64,000 nt of DNA. Source: Okamejei kenojei (Eukaryota). The notes under the pieces were generated by a model. It had not been told where the DNA came from. It made no database searches and worked only from the letters and a program-made list of their open reading frames with translations. The DNA is taken from contig CM069135.1 of the NCBI GenBank assembly GCA_035221665.1, positions 76,694,001-76,758,000 on the forward strand, given 5' to 3'. Position numbers and translations under genes: made by a program. This document shows, piece after piece, positions 1-11,939 of this stretch (its first letter is position 1; each line of letters opens with the position of its first letter).

Positions 1-534
1 CGACATTGACATAAGTAATACTATTATGGATTTCTCAAATCATAGATATTCTTCTAATTACCAAACAGAAATCCCCGCTAATTTAACTACGTAGTACCCA
101 TTTTGCATCAAGCATTACTTGTTGCTGTGGTAGCCACCTATTTATTTATTTATTTTTATTTTACAGGCAGCTATTTCCTTCATGTTACCAGATTTTCAGT
201 CCTGAAATCTAAGTTGCATCAAATGATGCTTTGTCTTTTTAACACTTCAAAACCCACACAATTCTGATCAGCAAGAATAGTTGATTGGAGCGGCTGCAAG
301 TTCACTGACATTTTGGCTTGTCTAATTTCTCACGTTTTCAGGCCATGGATGGAGACTCGTCCATTCTTTATCTGGATTTGTTTAGTGAAGGCTTTCCTCC
401 GTTTTTTCTTTTCCAATTGACCAAGTGCAGATGCTCGAGCATCCATCTAAAATGCATTCAGTTCATTCAGTAGAAGTGAATGTGACTAGTTAGAAAGAGA
501 TGCACTGAACTCTAGATGCTAGTTTATAAATAAA

Positions 535-748
535 TACACAGAGTGCTGGAGTAACTCAACGTAGCATCTCTGGAGAACATGGATAGGTGATGTTTTGAGT
601 TGGGACTAATCCTCAGACAGACGTTTTGGTTCAGGTCCTTTCATCAGACTGAAAGTTTGAAAAAGAAAGTCCCAATCCGAAATGTCACCTACCCATGATC
701 TCCAGAGATGCTGCCTGACTCGCTCTGAGTTACTCTAGCACTTTGTCT
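535..748. mobile_element. Penelope-derived fold-back (inverted pseudo-LTR) mini-element, degenerate
   Basis: Left arm acacagagtgctggagtaactca...atctctggagaacatggataggtga is the inverse of right arm tcacctacccatgatctccagagatgctgcctgac...gagttactctagcactttgt; same family as 4566-4737, 26674-26875 and 44471-44685. Confidence 0.7.
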
Positions 749-1194
749 TTTTTTTCACTAGTTAGAAAATGTCTCCAGATGGCAAAGTTCTTTCCATGGC
801 AAGAAATTAATCATTAAATTAATGATTTCGACAAATAACATGACATCTCATTCAAAAAATCACTGTACATCACTGGCCATTGTGTTAGCTAGTAATTATC
901 TTTGGGCATGTGTCCAGGATACCTGCATTATTAATAAGGAAGGAAACAGTAGATCAATGCCCTTGAACGAAGAGCAATTTGTAGTTGCTCAATGCCCCGA
1001 TGTGTTTCCCATCAGCAGACAGGTAGGTACCACAGAATTCCTTGGCTTCTACTTGCTGTTCATTAATTTACAATAATAAAAAATAGTTGTTCAGACCCAT
1101 CACAATGAAAGTGTGTGCAAAAGATCACATAAAATATTTCAAATGATACTTAACTCTGCGAGGGTGTGTTCAACTTGCGTCAAACCTCACGTTC

Positions 1195-1700
1195 ACATGT
1201 TATAGGAGTAGAATTAAACATTCGGCCCATTGAGTCTACTCTGCCATTCAATCATGTCTGATCTCTGCCTCCTAATCCATTTTTCCTGCCTTCTCCCCAT
1301 AACCCTTGACACCCGTTCTAATCAAGAATTTGTCTATCTGTGCCTTAAAAATATCCACTGACTTGGCCTCCATAGCCGTAAGTGGCAATGAGTTTCACAG
1401 ATGAACTGCCCTCTGACTAAAGAAGTTCCTTCTCACCTCCTTTCTAAAGGAGCGCCCTTTAATTCTGAAGCTATGACCTCTGGTCCTAGACTCTCCCACC
1501 AGTGAAAACATCTTTCCCACATCCTTTCATAATTCTGTAAGGTCCCCCCCTCAACCTTCTAAACTACAGCGAGAAGATGCCCAGTGCTGTCAAACGCTCA
1601 TCATATGCTAACCCAATCATTCCTGTAAACTTCCTCTCGACCCTCTCCAGAGGCAACACATCCTTCCTCAGATATGGGGCCCAAATTTGTTCACAGTAAC
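1195..1700 (-). mobile_element. CR1 LINE 3' fragment
   Basis: Reverse complement of the CR1 RT C-terminus/3'UTR seen at 15100-15670 (ggccattcggccc, ccttctccccataaccc, tggtcctagactctccc). Confidence 0.8.
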
Positions 1701-1789
1701 TTAATGAAGGGTGTGTAAAACTGTGGTGCAAAATTTTTGCTAGTAGATTTTGTTTTCATATATAATTGGGGAGGATGAAGCTAGATGGT

Positions 1790-2095
1790 GGGGGAGTCCA
1801 AACCAAGGGCCACAGTTTAAGAATATGGGGTAGGCCATTTAGGACTGAGATGAAGGAAACACTTCACCCAGAGTTGTGAATCTGTAGCATTCTTTGCCAC
1901 AGAAGGCAGTGGAGGTCAATTCACTGGATATTTTCATGAGAGAGTTAGATTTAGCCCTTAGGACTAAAGGGATTGGGGGAACAAGCAGGAACGTGGTACT
2001 GATTTTAGATGACCAGCCATGATATTATTGAATGGTGGTGTTGGCTCGAATGGCTGAATGGCCTACTCCTGCACCTATTTTTCTATGTATCTATG
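1790..2095 (+). mobile_element. CR1 LINE 3' end
   Basis: ggggagtccaaaccaagggccacagtttaagaat...ggcctactcctgcacctattttctatg matches the 3' end of the 12160-15675 CR1. Confidence 0.85.
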
Positions 2096-2819
2096 TTTAG
2101 ATAATGTAATAACTCACTTACCTCATATAATGCAGGCAGAACATGGTAGAGTATAGGAACAGGATCTTCGGCTTGGTATCCTTGCCAAGCATGATGCCAG
2201 GCTAAACTAAACGCTTCTACCTGTACATGTCCATATAACTCCATTCCCTGCATATCCATGTTCCTGTCTTAATGCCTCTTAAATGCCCCTATCATATCTG
2301 TCTCCAGTAGCATCACAACAGCACATTCCAGGCATCCAACATTAGAAAATACTTGCCCTGGACATCACCTTTTTTAAATGTCTTCCCTCTCACCTTAAAG
2401 CTGTGGAGTCTGTCATTTCCGCCCTGGGAAAATTATATATACACCTCTCAAAATGTTATATGCTACTATTAGGTCTCCCCTCAGCCTCTGACATTCCAGA
2501 GAAAAAGGCTGTCACATCTATTCTTTAATGTATATCTCACTATTGTATCATCTACTCTAATTAGCAGACAAAAAAGAAAGAGAAAATTGCATCGTTGTCA
2601 TAGTTTGAACATTGAGTATACATTTCAAACCACTTTAAGCAAAGTAATTTCTTCCTGTCGTGCCCTTATGAAGGTTACAGACCTGTCGCTTTTCATATCA
2701 TAAGATCCTACTTCAGAGAATTGATGTAACAAATAATTAATTGCCTCTCAGTGGAGATGTATTGGGCAGCTCAGCAAACTTCTCCTGTGGGTGCTGCAGA
2801 GAATATTTTATCCATCAAA

Positions 2820-3360
2820 AGGCAACAGGGAGCCCAACATCTATGGTGAGTGAGTTACTGGGGAGGATTCTGAGGAATAAGATATACATGTGCTTGGATA
2901 GACAGGAGCTGATTAGGGACCCTAGATGTTATTTATATGGACTTGTGCATGGTAGGCTGCTCTGGAAGGCTAGTTTGCATGGGATCCAGGGACAGCTGGC
3001 TAATAGGATACAAAACTGGCTTTCTGGAAGAAAGAAAAGAGTGGTGGTGGAAGGGTGTTTTCAGATTGGAAGCCTGTGACTGGTGGCATGCCTCAGGCTT
3101 TGGCACTGGGCTCATTGCTGTTTGTGATTTATATCAATAATTTCAATAAGGTTGTACAAAGCAAGATGAGTAAGCTTGAAGATGGCACAAGTGGTGGTAT
3201 CATAGATAGTGACGATGATTATCAAAAATTACAGCAGGCTCGATCAGCTGGGTAAATGGTCTGAGGGATGGAATTTAATGCAGTTAAGTGTGCAACTTGC
3301 ATTTTGCAAATTTAAACCAGGGCAGGACCTTCACAGTGAATGGTAGGTTGGTCAGAATGG
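2820..3360 (+). mobile_element. Degenerate CR1 reverse transcriptase fragment
   Basis: Broken ORFs read HGIQGQLANRIQNWLSGRKKRVVVEG / FSDWKPVTGGMPQ..LGSLLFVIYIN. Confidence 0.8.
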
Positions 3361-4565
3361 TCTCTGATTGAGAACCCAGCATGTGTGTGTTGCTCCTTGC
3401 ACAATGACATGTATTGTGTTTGGGGTTATTGCACGGTTGCTGGGTTTCTGCATGAGGAGGGAATCCGCTGAAGGGTTTGCCAGTAATTTGGGTTTGGAGA
3501 TTATCAGACTGAGTCCTGGTTCTGCCCATAAACAGCAGCCAAACATGTATTTTGCCAAAAGAACATCCACCATAACATTGTATTCAAGAGAGAGTTGGAT
3601 ATAGCTCTTGGGGCTAATGGAATCAAAGGATTTGGGGAAAAAGCTGGCTCGAAGGGCCGAATGGCCTTTTCCTGCACTTATTTTCTATGTTTCTATTGGA
3701 TGCAGAAGTCATGGATGAAGTTGTCCTACTTAACCTGGGGTTCTGAGATTTATTGTTATATCCATTCCAAAGCCAGCTAACAAAGATCAGCCTGTCAGAG
3801 GTGGAAAGAAAGATGTTTCTATCATATGAATAAATCTCCTGACTTAGTCAGTTCATCTGCTATGTTCTATCATCCACAATAAGAACTGATTTTGGTGCTA
3901 GCGGAGAATTTGGGCTCAATGTTATTAAAGGAAGCAGCTGTTTCATTCTCAGCCAGTTCTTTAAAGATTTGTTTACACTGAAGAAACGGTACATAAGGTC
4001 ATCCGCAAACTTGAGCAATAGTTTCATTTGAAGGAAAGGAGCAGCTGAAGATCATATTTTGCAGTCTCCACATTGGCACTAAGAGGCACTGGGTGTAATT
4101 CTATATTGTGAAATGATGAGGTAGGCACAACTAGGTCATCTGATCAGATTCTGCCTGTGTTATTTACTGGCTGTGAATCATTTAGTAAATGTACTTTGGT
4201 GTCATCAATCCAACATATGATGATACTAGTGTGAAAACTGGAGCAAAACATGGCCTAAAATGCCAAACGCAACATTTGTCCATGTCATATAGTACAAGTT
4301 CAGGGTAATCGTTCTTGCTGCCTTCCTTTATCTTATTGTTTCAAAGGAAATTAGTTTCAAACCATCTTTTATGTATATTAAGGATTACTACTGCATGTAA
4401 GATTTGAAATGTGGATACCTTTTGGATGCTGCACATTTTGTGAAATATACTCAAATATATAGTGTAGATCATAACACATAATAAACAGTAAGGCATTGGT
4501 GAAATTAGATAGTAATTTTATTGAGTAATAAAATAATGGCTTTTTTAAGCTAGTCTTCTGAATGT

Positions 4566-4737
4566 TGGCGGGTCAGGCAACATCTCTGGAGAAAAGGAAT
4601 AGGTGACTTTTCGGACCTGAAACGTTACCTATTCCTTTTTTCTAGTGATGCTGTCTGACCCACTGAGTTACTTCAGTTTTTGTGTCTCTCTTTGGTTTAT
4701 CTTTGGTTTAAACCAACATCTGAAGTTCCTTCCTACA
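4566..4737 (+). mobile_element. Penelope-derived fold-back mini-element with 11-nt TSD
   Basis: Flanked by identical cttctgaatgt (4555-4565 and 4738-4748); internal inverted arms. Confidence 0.75.
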
Positions 4738-4762
4738 CTTCTGAATGTAGGGTTGGCTAGAG

Positions 4763-4932
4763 ATAGAAAAATAGAAACATAGAAAATCGGTGCAGGAGGA
4801 GGCCATTCGGCTCTTCGAGCCAGCACCGCCATTCATTGTGATCATGGCTGATCGTCCCCAATCAATAACCCGTGCCTGCCTTCTCCCCATATCCCTTGAT
4901 TCCACTAGCCCCTAGAGCTCTATCTAACTCTC
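4763..4932 (-). mobile_element. CR1 LINE extreme 3' end
   Basis: catagaaa tail units plus ggtgcaggaggaggccattcgg...cttctccccatatcccttg, the reverse complement of the CR1 3'UTR. Confidence 0.85.
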
Positions 4933-4955
4933 ATATTCCAGAATGTTTGGTCTTG

Positions 4956-7200
4956 GTTCTTGGTTACTTGGTCCTCCAAAATATTCCAACTGGAATTTAA
5001 ACTGGAGGTGGTGAAGGGAGGGGTTAAGCCAGAGAGGGTTATTGGGAAGAAAGTGCCACTTTAAATTTAGTTGCATCTGGCTGGGCAACCGTGGTTTGGT
5101 GGAGACTATTCCATGCTTTAATAGTGCGTGGGAAGAACAAATTGCTGTACACATCTGTCTTTGTGGCTGGGACCACAAATTGGATCGAATGCCCTTGTCT
5201 GCTCCTAATTGGTTTGGGGTTGGTGTAGGTCTTGTGATCTATGTCTAGCTGACCATTTAACATTTTGCAAAAACAGGTCAAACGGTGAACTTCACGTCTG
5301 TCTTGGAGAGGGTTCCACCCCAGAGAATTCAGAAGTTTGGTGACACTCGCTTCTCTCTCGTAGGTGTTAGTAACAAATCGAGCGGCCTGTCTTTGGACAC
5401 GCTCGATGGATGAAATGTTTTTATCTGTGTATGGGTCCCACGCTGCAACTGCGTAGTCCAGATGAGGTCTAACGAGGGTGAAATACAGCTTCTCCTTGAC
5501 AGAAGCTGAACAACGATGGAAGTTGCGCCTCAGGAAGTTTAGGACACCTGTTGCTTTCGCTGTTGCATGATGAGTCTGACCATTCCAACGTAGATCATTC
5601 TGTAATTTGATGCCAAGATACTTGGTTTGTTTGGATTCTTCAAGGGTGACACCAAGTATGTTGTAAGATGTGACGCCTGGATTCCTCTTTCTGGTGACAC
5701 GCATGGTTTCACATTTGGAAGGGTTGAACTGCATGCCCCATTGTTGTGACCACTCGACCATAGTATCGAGATCCTTTTGGAGAGCATCTTCATCATCAGC
5801 TGACTTAATTGGACGGTACAGCAAACAATCATCAGCGAATAGTCTGGTCGTACTTGCGACTTTTTCATGGATGTCATTGATGTAAAGCAAAAATAGGTGT
5901 GGGCCAAGTACTGTGCCCTGGGGTGTACCACTCAACACTGGGTGCCAATTGGAGCTCTTTCCGTTCACACACACACGCTGAAGACGTTTTGTCAGGAAAC
6001 TGGAAATCCAACGTTTCGTGTTGGAACGAATACCGTAGAAGTCAAGCTTCCGAAGCAGTCTCTGGTGTGGGATGACATCAAATGCTTTAGAAAAGTCCAG
6101 TACAACTAAGTCCATGATGACGTTACTGTCAAGGTGCTTGGCCAGGTCATTTGTTGTCAGGATAAGCTGAGACGCGCATGATCTCTGCCTCCTAAATGCA
6201 TGTTGGTTGTCGGCAAGAATATTATGTTTGCTCATGTGTGGCATCAGATTACTATCAATGTTATGCTCCAGCAATTTACAGCAAGTATTTGTCGGTGAAA
6301 CAGGACGATAATTCGCTGGGTTGGTGGTTGAACCCTTCTTAAAGAGAGGAGTGATGTTGGCCTTCCTCCAATCCAGCGGTACATCGCCCGAGTCAAGCGA
6401 TTGTTGAAAAATGAACTGTAAAACTGGAGCCAGTTCTTCGGCTGCGATCTTGAGGGCTTGATTTTGTATCTGATCTGGTCCAATTGCTTTTGTGGTATTA
6501 ATGTTGAGCATTAACTTCTTGACACCTTCAACCTCAATTTTAATAGCAGGCATATGGGCTGGGCGGAAGGACTGGAAATGATGAAGGCTCCACATCTTCC
6601 CGGGTGAAAACATGTTGGAATTGGTTCGCAAGAGCTTCTGCTTTCGCCTGGTCCTCAGTGACCAGGCAGTTGTTCACTTTTAGCATCTGGACACCAGTGT
6701 TGTCTGTCCGTCTGGATTTCACATATCTCCAAAAATCCTTGGGTTGTTCTCCCCCAAGAATAGAGGAAACATGTTGTCTATGAGCACTCCTAATTGCATG
6801 ATCGACTTGCTTTCGCACACTAGTAAAATCGTCCCAGTCCAATTTTGTACCCCCTTTTTTGGCACGGATATAAAACTTCTCTTTCTTACTGCAGAGACGT
6901 TTCAGTTTCGCCGAAAACCAAGGAGGACGCATACGGCCCTTGATTAGTTTTTGCGGAACATGATTTGTGACAATATTATTTAAAGAGTTTTTCAGCCACA
7001 CCCAGTTGTCTTCTACGGATCTACTATCTGGTTGCAGGTTGAAGAAATCTTTTGCCAGTTTTTTAGCTAAGCCTTTAAATTCCTCGCTGTTCACTTTTTT
7101 CCAGAGGGAAATTTTTTGCGGTGGTTTTGAAGGGACTTTAAGCTTTAAGTGCAATTTTGTTTGGATAATATAATGATCACTAATTCCTGCACACGATGAA
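4956..7200 (-). mobile_element. 5'-truncated non-LTR retrotransposon (CR1/L2 supergroup, lineage distinct from the resident CR1s); ORF2 with a single frameshift near 6550
   Basis: ORFs 6540-7232 (ISDH, end of APE endonuclease) and 5039-6631 (NYRPVS, LDFSKAFD, GTPQGTVLGP, RLFADD, WGMQFNPSKC, FFPRTIKAWNSL); short 3'UTR ending in an ACCAAG(A) repeat tail. Confidence 0.9.
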
Positions 7201-7319
7201 ACACAGGAATAAATTAGTGAAAACTGAAACATTTTGTGTGTGACTCTCTCTGACTCTCTCCTGTCTAAATCTATGTTGACAAATTTGGACTCTTTGAAGG
7301 ATTTTTATCAGAATATATC

Positions 7320-8050
7320 ACAGCCTGGTTTGGGAACAACTACAACCAAGAAATTGCCGAGAGTTGTGCATCTAGTGCAGACCATCACACAAACCAAACT
7401 CCCATTGACTCCATTGAATCTTCATGCTGCCTCAGCAAGGCTGCCAGCATAATCAAGAACCACCCATACTGATCTTTCTGTCAGGGGCCCCCTCTGCTGT
7501 CAGTGAGGCCCAGTGCAAATTGGAGGAACAACACCTCATATTTCACTTGAGCAGCATACACCACAGTGGTATGAATATTGACCTCTAACTTCAAGTAACC
7601 CTTGCTTTCCCTTTATCTCCATCCTTCCCCCGTTCCTGTTTTCCGACCAGTCTGCCTGTTTCCCTGATTAAATGTTATCTCTGTATGCGTTGTTGTCATC
7701 TTCTCCGAGCTAACAACGATCTATTCTCCATGTTCCTTGAACAGCATCCACTTTGATATCTGGTGTTCACACCTTACATTTCCATATATCTATGTCTCCC
7801 TCCCCTGATTCTCAGTCTGAAGAAGGGTCTCGACCCGAAACATTCCTTCTATCCAGAGATGCTAGCTGTTCCGCTTAGTTACTCCAGCATTTTGTGTCCA
7901 TTCGGTGTAAACCAGCATCTGCAGTTCCTTCCAACACACATCACCCCAATTATTCTCTCTACTACCCTCTCCATCAGGCAAGAGGTACAGAAGTTTGAAA
8001 ATGAAAATGTCCAGATTCAGGGGCAATTTCTTCCCAGCTGTTATGACACA
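7320..8050 (+). mobile_element. Rex1/Babar-like LINE C-terminal fragment interrupted by a Penelope 3' fragment (~7465-7937)
   Basis: cacagcctggtttgggaac...gccagcataatcaag resumes at ctccatcaggcaagaggtacagaagt; the insert encodes remnant KLEEQHLIF..MNID and carries ctgaagaagggtctcgacccgaaac at 7817-7841. Confidence 0.7.
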
Positions 8051-8134
8051 AGTGGGTGCTAGTTGACAGCTTCTGAGGGAAGCAGACCTTGTTTCTTGGA
8101 CGTCTACTAGTTCACCATTTTAGGTGGACCTCTA

Positions 8135-8265
8135 GCACAGTGGCACAGTGGTGGAGCTGCTGTCTCACCGTGCCAGAGACCCAGGTTTGATCCTGACCTA
8201 GGGTGCTGACTGTACAGAGTTTGTACATTCTCTCTGTGACTGCGTGGGTTTTCTCCGGGTGCTCT
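8135..8265 (+). mobile_element. tRNA-derived SINE (HE1-like), 3'-truncated
   Basis: gcacagtggcacagtggtggagctgctg (A box)...ggtttgatcc (B box)...gagtttgtacattctc. Confidence 0.75.
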
Positions 8266-8564
8266 ATAGACAAAGGGGTGCTGGAGTGCATGCAGCAGAA
8301 CACAAAAGCAGGCCAGAATCAGGGGGCCCGAACCAGCGGGCCAGCTGAGGAGTTTGGCCCGGGCGTCGGACTTTGCAAACGACGTCGCCCGTGCCAAAAC
8401 TCGTCAGCCAGATCGGCAACTGGGCCTTATGGGCAGTCCAGCACCCGGGCCAACTCATCATTCACCCAGCCATGGCCGAGTCGGCCAATGTATTGCCGTT
8501 GGGAATTAGTCCCTTATTTTGACTTTTTGTCCATTATTTGGGAGTGAGAAATTTGGTGACCCTA
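8266..8564. mobile_element. GC-rich end fragment of a probable non-autonomous DNA transposon
   Basis: Ends in ttggtgacccta (TAGGGTCACCAA-type TIR); imperfect palindrome at 8344-8408; other end not found. Confidence 0.45.
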
Positions 8565-9557
8565 GTGTCCAGGCAAGTTGATATCAACTCCTGCTCATAT
8601 CTAAGTCATGTTTGTGTACATACAGATGTTCCAGCATTAGCTCAGGGAACATTATCTGTCATTTTGTAACTCTAGGGGAAGAACTAATTAGCAGTTGCTT
8701 TCTGTGTTGCAATCTTTAGCTGCTCCTCCCTTTGCACCAGCGAACTACCAGATTATTTTTAAAACCTGCAGGTTGAGATCTTTCCTCGTCACGTATGAAT
8801 ATCATGCAATATGGGCATGGCTGTGTATTTTATTAAGCTGCTAAACTGCAATTCTGGACCAGATTTCAGAAGTGCAGCATAATGAACAGTTGTGAGTTTG
8901 TTGCAGTTTAATGAAGATTGCTGAGGATAAAGTTCCACCCACTTGTGTCTTAAACTGTACATGCTTCTTACACAGCACTTTATCAGGAACTAAATATGGC
9001 ACTTTCATTGCAATCGCTATTACTTGTACGCAATCAGCAATCTACTCATAACTCAATTATGGAATGACCTTTGCAAGTCTGCTTCCCTCATTAGCCCCTA
9101 CCTTTCTTCATTAATCAGTTTTTTTTAAAATCATCAACTCTACATTAATGGATTTATAATTAGATGGGTAAACCATTTCCCCTTGTTTTTTTATAGATTC
9201 ATAACCTTCCAGTCCTTTGACATAATTTCCTTTACTGAAAAATGTTGACTTTTTTTCTTTGAAAGCCCAAGAGAAATCTCATCAAAATTTTGCACTCATT
9301 TAATCCCTTTTACTGCCTTGCAAAGCCACAATGTTTTGCAACTGGGGAGATGTCATAGGGTTGTACAGCACAGAAACATGCCCTTTGGCCCAGAATGTCA
9401 ATGCCGACCAACATGACCCTAGTACCAACATGGGTACACTTGTCCCACGTGTGTGTGTTTGGCCCATAGCCCTCTAACCTTTCCTATCCATGGACCTATC
9501 CAAATACTTTGGAAGTGTGACATTCTGGTTGAATACAAAATACATGCAACTAATTTA

Positions 9558-9872
9558 GGGGCAGCACAGTGGCACAGCTGGTAGAGCTGCTGCCTCACAG
9601 CGCCAGGGGCCAAGATTCAAACTTGCTCTCAGGTATTGGCTGTGCAGAGTTGACATGTTCTCACTTTGATGCACGGGTTTCTCTTGGTTTCTTCCCGCAT
9701 CCCAAAGACGTGCAGATTTGTCGGTTGATTGCCGTTTGTAAGTTGCCCCTAGTTTTTAGGAAGCGGATGAGAAAGTGGGATAACATAACTATTGTTAACC
9801 GGTGATCAATGGTTGGCGTGAAGTTGGTGGGTTGTAGGGCCCGTTTCCATGCTCCATCTGTAAACTAAACTA
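9558..9872 (+). mobile_element. tRNA-derived SINE, full length
   Basis: A/B boxes, core ttcccgcatcccaaagacgtg, LINE-derived tail gggcccgtttccatgct and (taaac)n. Confidence 0.8.
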
Positions 9873-10937
9873 AGTAATAGTGTGCACATAATCTGTTTCT
9901 GATGGTGTTTTTTGAGGGTTCGCAATTGACCAAAGCATTGGGAAATCTTCCCGACTCTTCAAGATAGTGCTTTGAGATATTTTCCGTCCAATTAAGAGAA
10001 TTTCCAGAACTCAGTTTAATGATCCATTTGAAAGACTGACCATGGAACATTCCCTCAGAACAATTCTGAAGTTTCAAACACTACTAATTTATTTTGAAGT
10101 TTCTGGAGTGGGAATTGCACTCACACCCTTTTTTTGGGAGGTAAGCATTCTATCAGTTGAGTCATCATAACTCGTTATCCAAAATGGTTGAATATGAGAG
10201 GTCACATTTTATATCTAAGAAATTGTGATGAACATGTTGTTTTGCCAGTTAGCTTTTTTTTAAGTTGCTTTTTTGTTTCTGTGATGCTTTAGTTGGGACA
10301 CCTCTCTATCTCTTCACCTTACTCAATTACAAGCCTCATCCCAACAAAAGGGAAAGAAGCTGAGGGCAAAAGATAGCGAAAATAAAATGTGGTCTAAAAT
10401 TCCTTAGATCCAGGATTGCTTTAATAATTTACCTCAAGAAGAGTTAGGCTTGTAATGAAAGTTTTTCATTAATCTCTTAAAAAAGAACATAAGATTTGAT
10501 GGCATCATTGAACATTTTCTAAAGTCCACACCGACCCATTCACATTAGTTCTGTTCCAGGTGTTCTCCAACTCTCCCAGCCCCCAATGACCATGACCTTG
10601 CCCGACTCGGCAATCCTCTGAGATTTCTGCTCTTCACTAATTCTTCTCTTCTGAAATCTTTTTTTGTGTGTTATTTTCATTCCAGCATTGCTAAAGGCAC
10701 TTGCATTCATTTGTTGACTAAGAAAGGAGCACCTGAGAATGCAAGGTCTGGAATTCTTTCCCAAACCCTCACTTACTCTCTACATTCTTGCCATGAAATA
10801 ATTTGAATAGACTTTTCAGGTGCCATTATTCAGCCCTTTGTCACCTTCCTTAATATATTCTTACATGACAAATTTAGTTTGAAAATACTCATGTGAAATA
10901 CTTTGGGATGCCAAAGCTGCTACAGTTATACAGTTAT

Positions 10938-11070
10938 TGAGTCTGAGGAACGGTCTCGGCCTAAAATGTCACCTATTCCTTCTCTCCAGAGATGCTGCCT
11001 GTCCCACTGAGTTACTCCAGTATTTTGTGTCTATCTTCGACTTAAGCCAGCATCTGTAGTTCCTTCCTAC
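10938..11070 (+). mobile_element. Penelope-derived pseudo-LTR fragment with degenerate hammerhead core
   Basis: gtctgaggaacggtctcggcctaaaatgtcacc...gttccttcctacac; acagttatac on both sides. Confidence 0.7.
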
Positions 11071-11598
11071 ACAGTTATACAAGTTGTTGCATTTGTTGCT
11101 GTCCAGGTTAACTTGACCTTGAGGAAAGGATTGTGCAAACCTGTTGATCTAAGGAGTTTAGTTTAGTTGAGAGACAGAGCACAGAAACAGGCTCTTTGGC
11201 CCATTGAGTCCATGTCGACCAGTGATCCCTGCACATTAACACTATCGTACACACCTTAGGGACAATTTATAATTTAACCAAGCCAATCAGCCTACAAACC
11301 TGTATGTCTGTGGAGTGTGGGTGGAAACTGGAGATCCTGGAGAAAACCCACGCAGATCATGTGAGAACATAAAAACTCTGTACAGACAAGCGCCCATAGC
11401 AGAGCTGCCAACTCTCACGCATTGAGCGTGAGACTCACGCATTGAACGTGAGACGCATTTCGCCCAATTCTCATGCTCTCATGCTGATCACAGAATTTCT
11501 CACGCTCTGCCGTGAGAAATTCTGTGATCAATGAGAATTTCAAAACTAATATCAACTGTATGGGCCGTGGGTGTTGGAGAGCCGGGGTGGAGGGAGGG

Positions 11599-11831
11599 AT
11601 GGAAGCAGAAGCAGCGGCAGGGGCAGATAAGGACGAGGAGCCGGGGCTGGCGAGTGTTTGCTGGGCTGGCAAGTAGCTCGCTGCAGCTCCGGCCATGGAG
11701 CAGCCTCAGTGCAAGAGTCGGAGACGTCAGAAGCGTTGCGCCGCTGCTGTGAGAGTCTCTGTGCCGAATTCACCCTGATGGATCAGGCTGTGGCTCGCTG
11801 CATCCTGGAGGACAACCAGTGGCTGCTGGAC
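11599..11831 (+). pseudogene. TDP2: Captured fragment resembling TDP2 coding exon 1 (N-terminal UBA-like domain)
   Basis: Frame of ORF 11658 reads LRRCCESLCAEFTLM---DQAVARCILEDNQWLLD versus recalled human TDP2 VKKRRLLCVEFASVASCDAAVAQCFLAENDWEME; followed by ctaggt, a GTAGGT donor with g>c. Confidence 0.65.
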
Positions 11832-11939
11832 CTAGGTACCAAGCACTGGGTAGAAGTGGTGGAAGATAGTGGCTGTCAAATGGGGGTGGTTGGAGAAAGC
11901 ATCCTGCTTGCCTGCTAGATTTTCACTTACTGTAACTGC

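Noticed and set aside
167-270. Possible exon after ttttattttacag (e.g. of an upstream gene such as MCM9)
   Set aside because: All frames stop quickly and no recognisable protein similarity.
10540-10764. Minus-strand Lys/Arg-rich ORF
   Set aside because: No recognisable domain or splice signals; likely decayed repeat.
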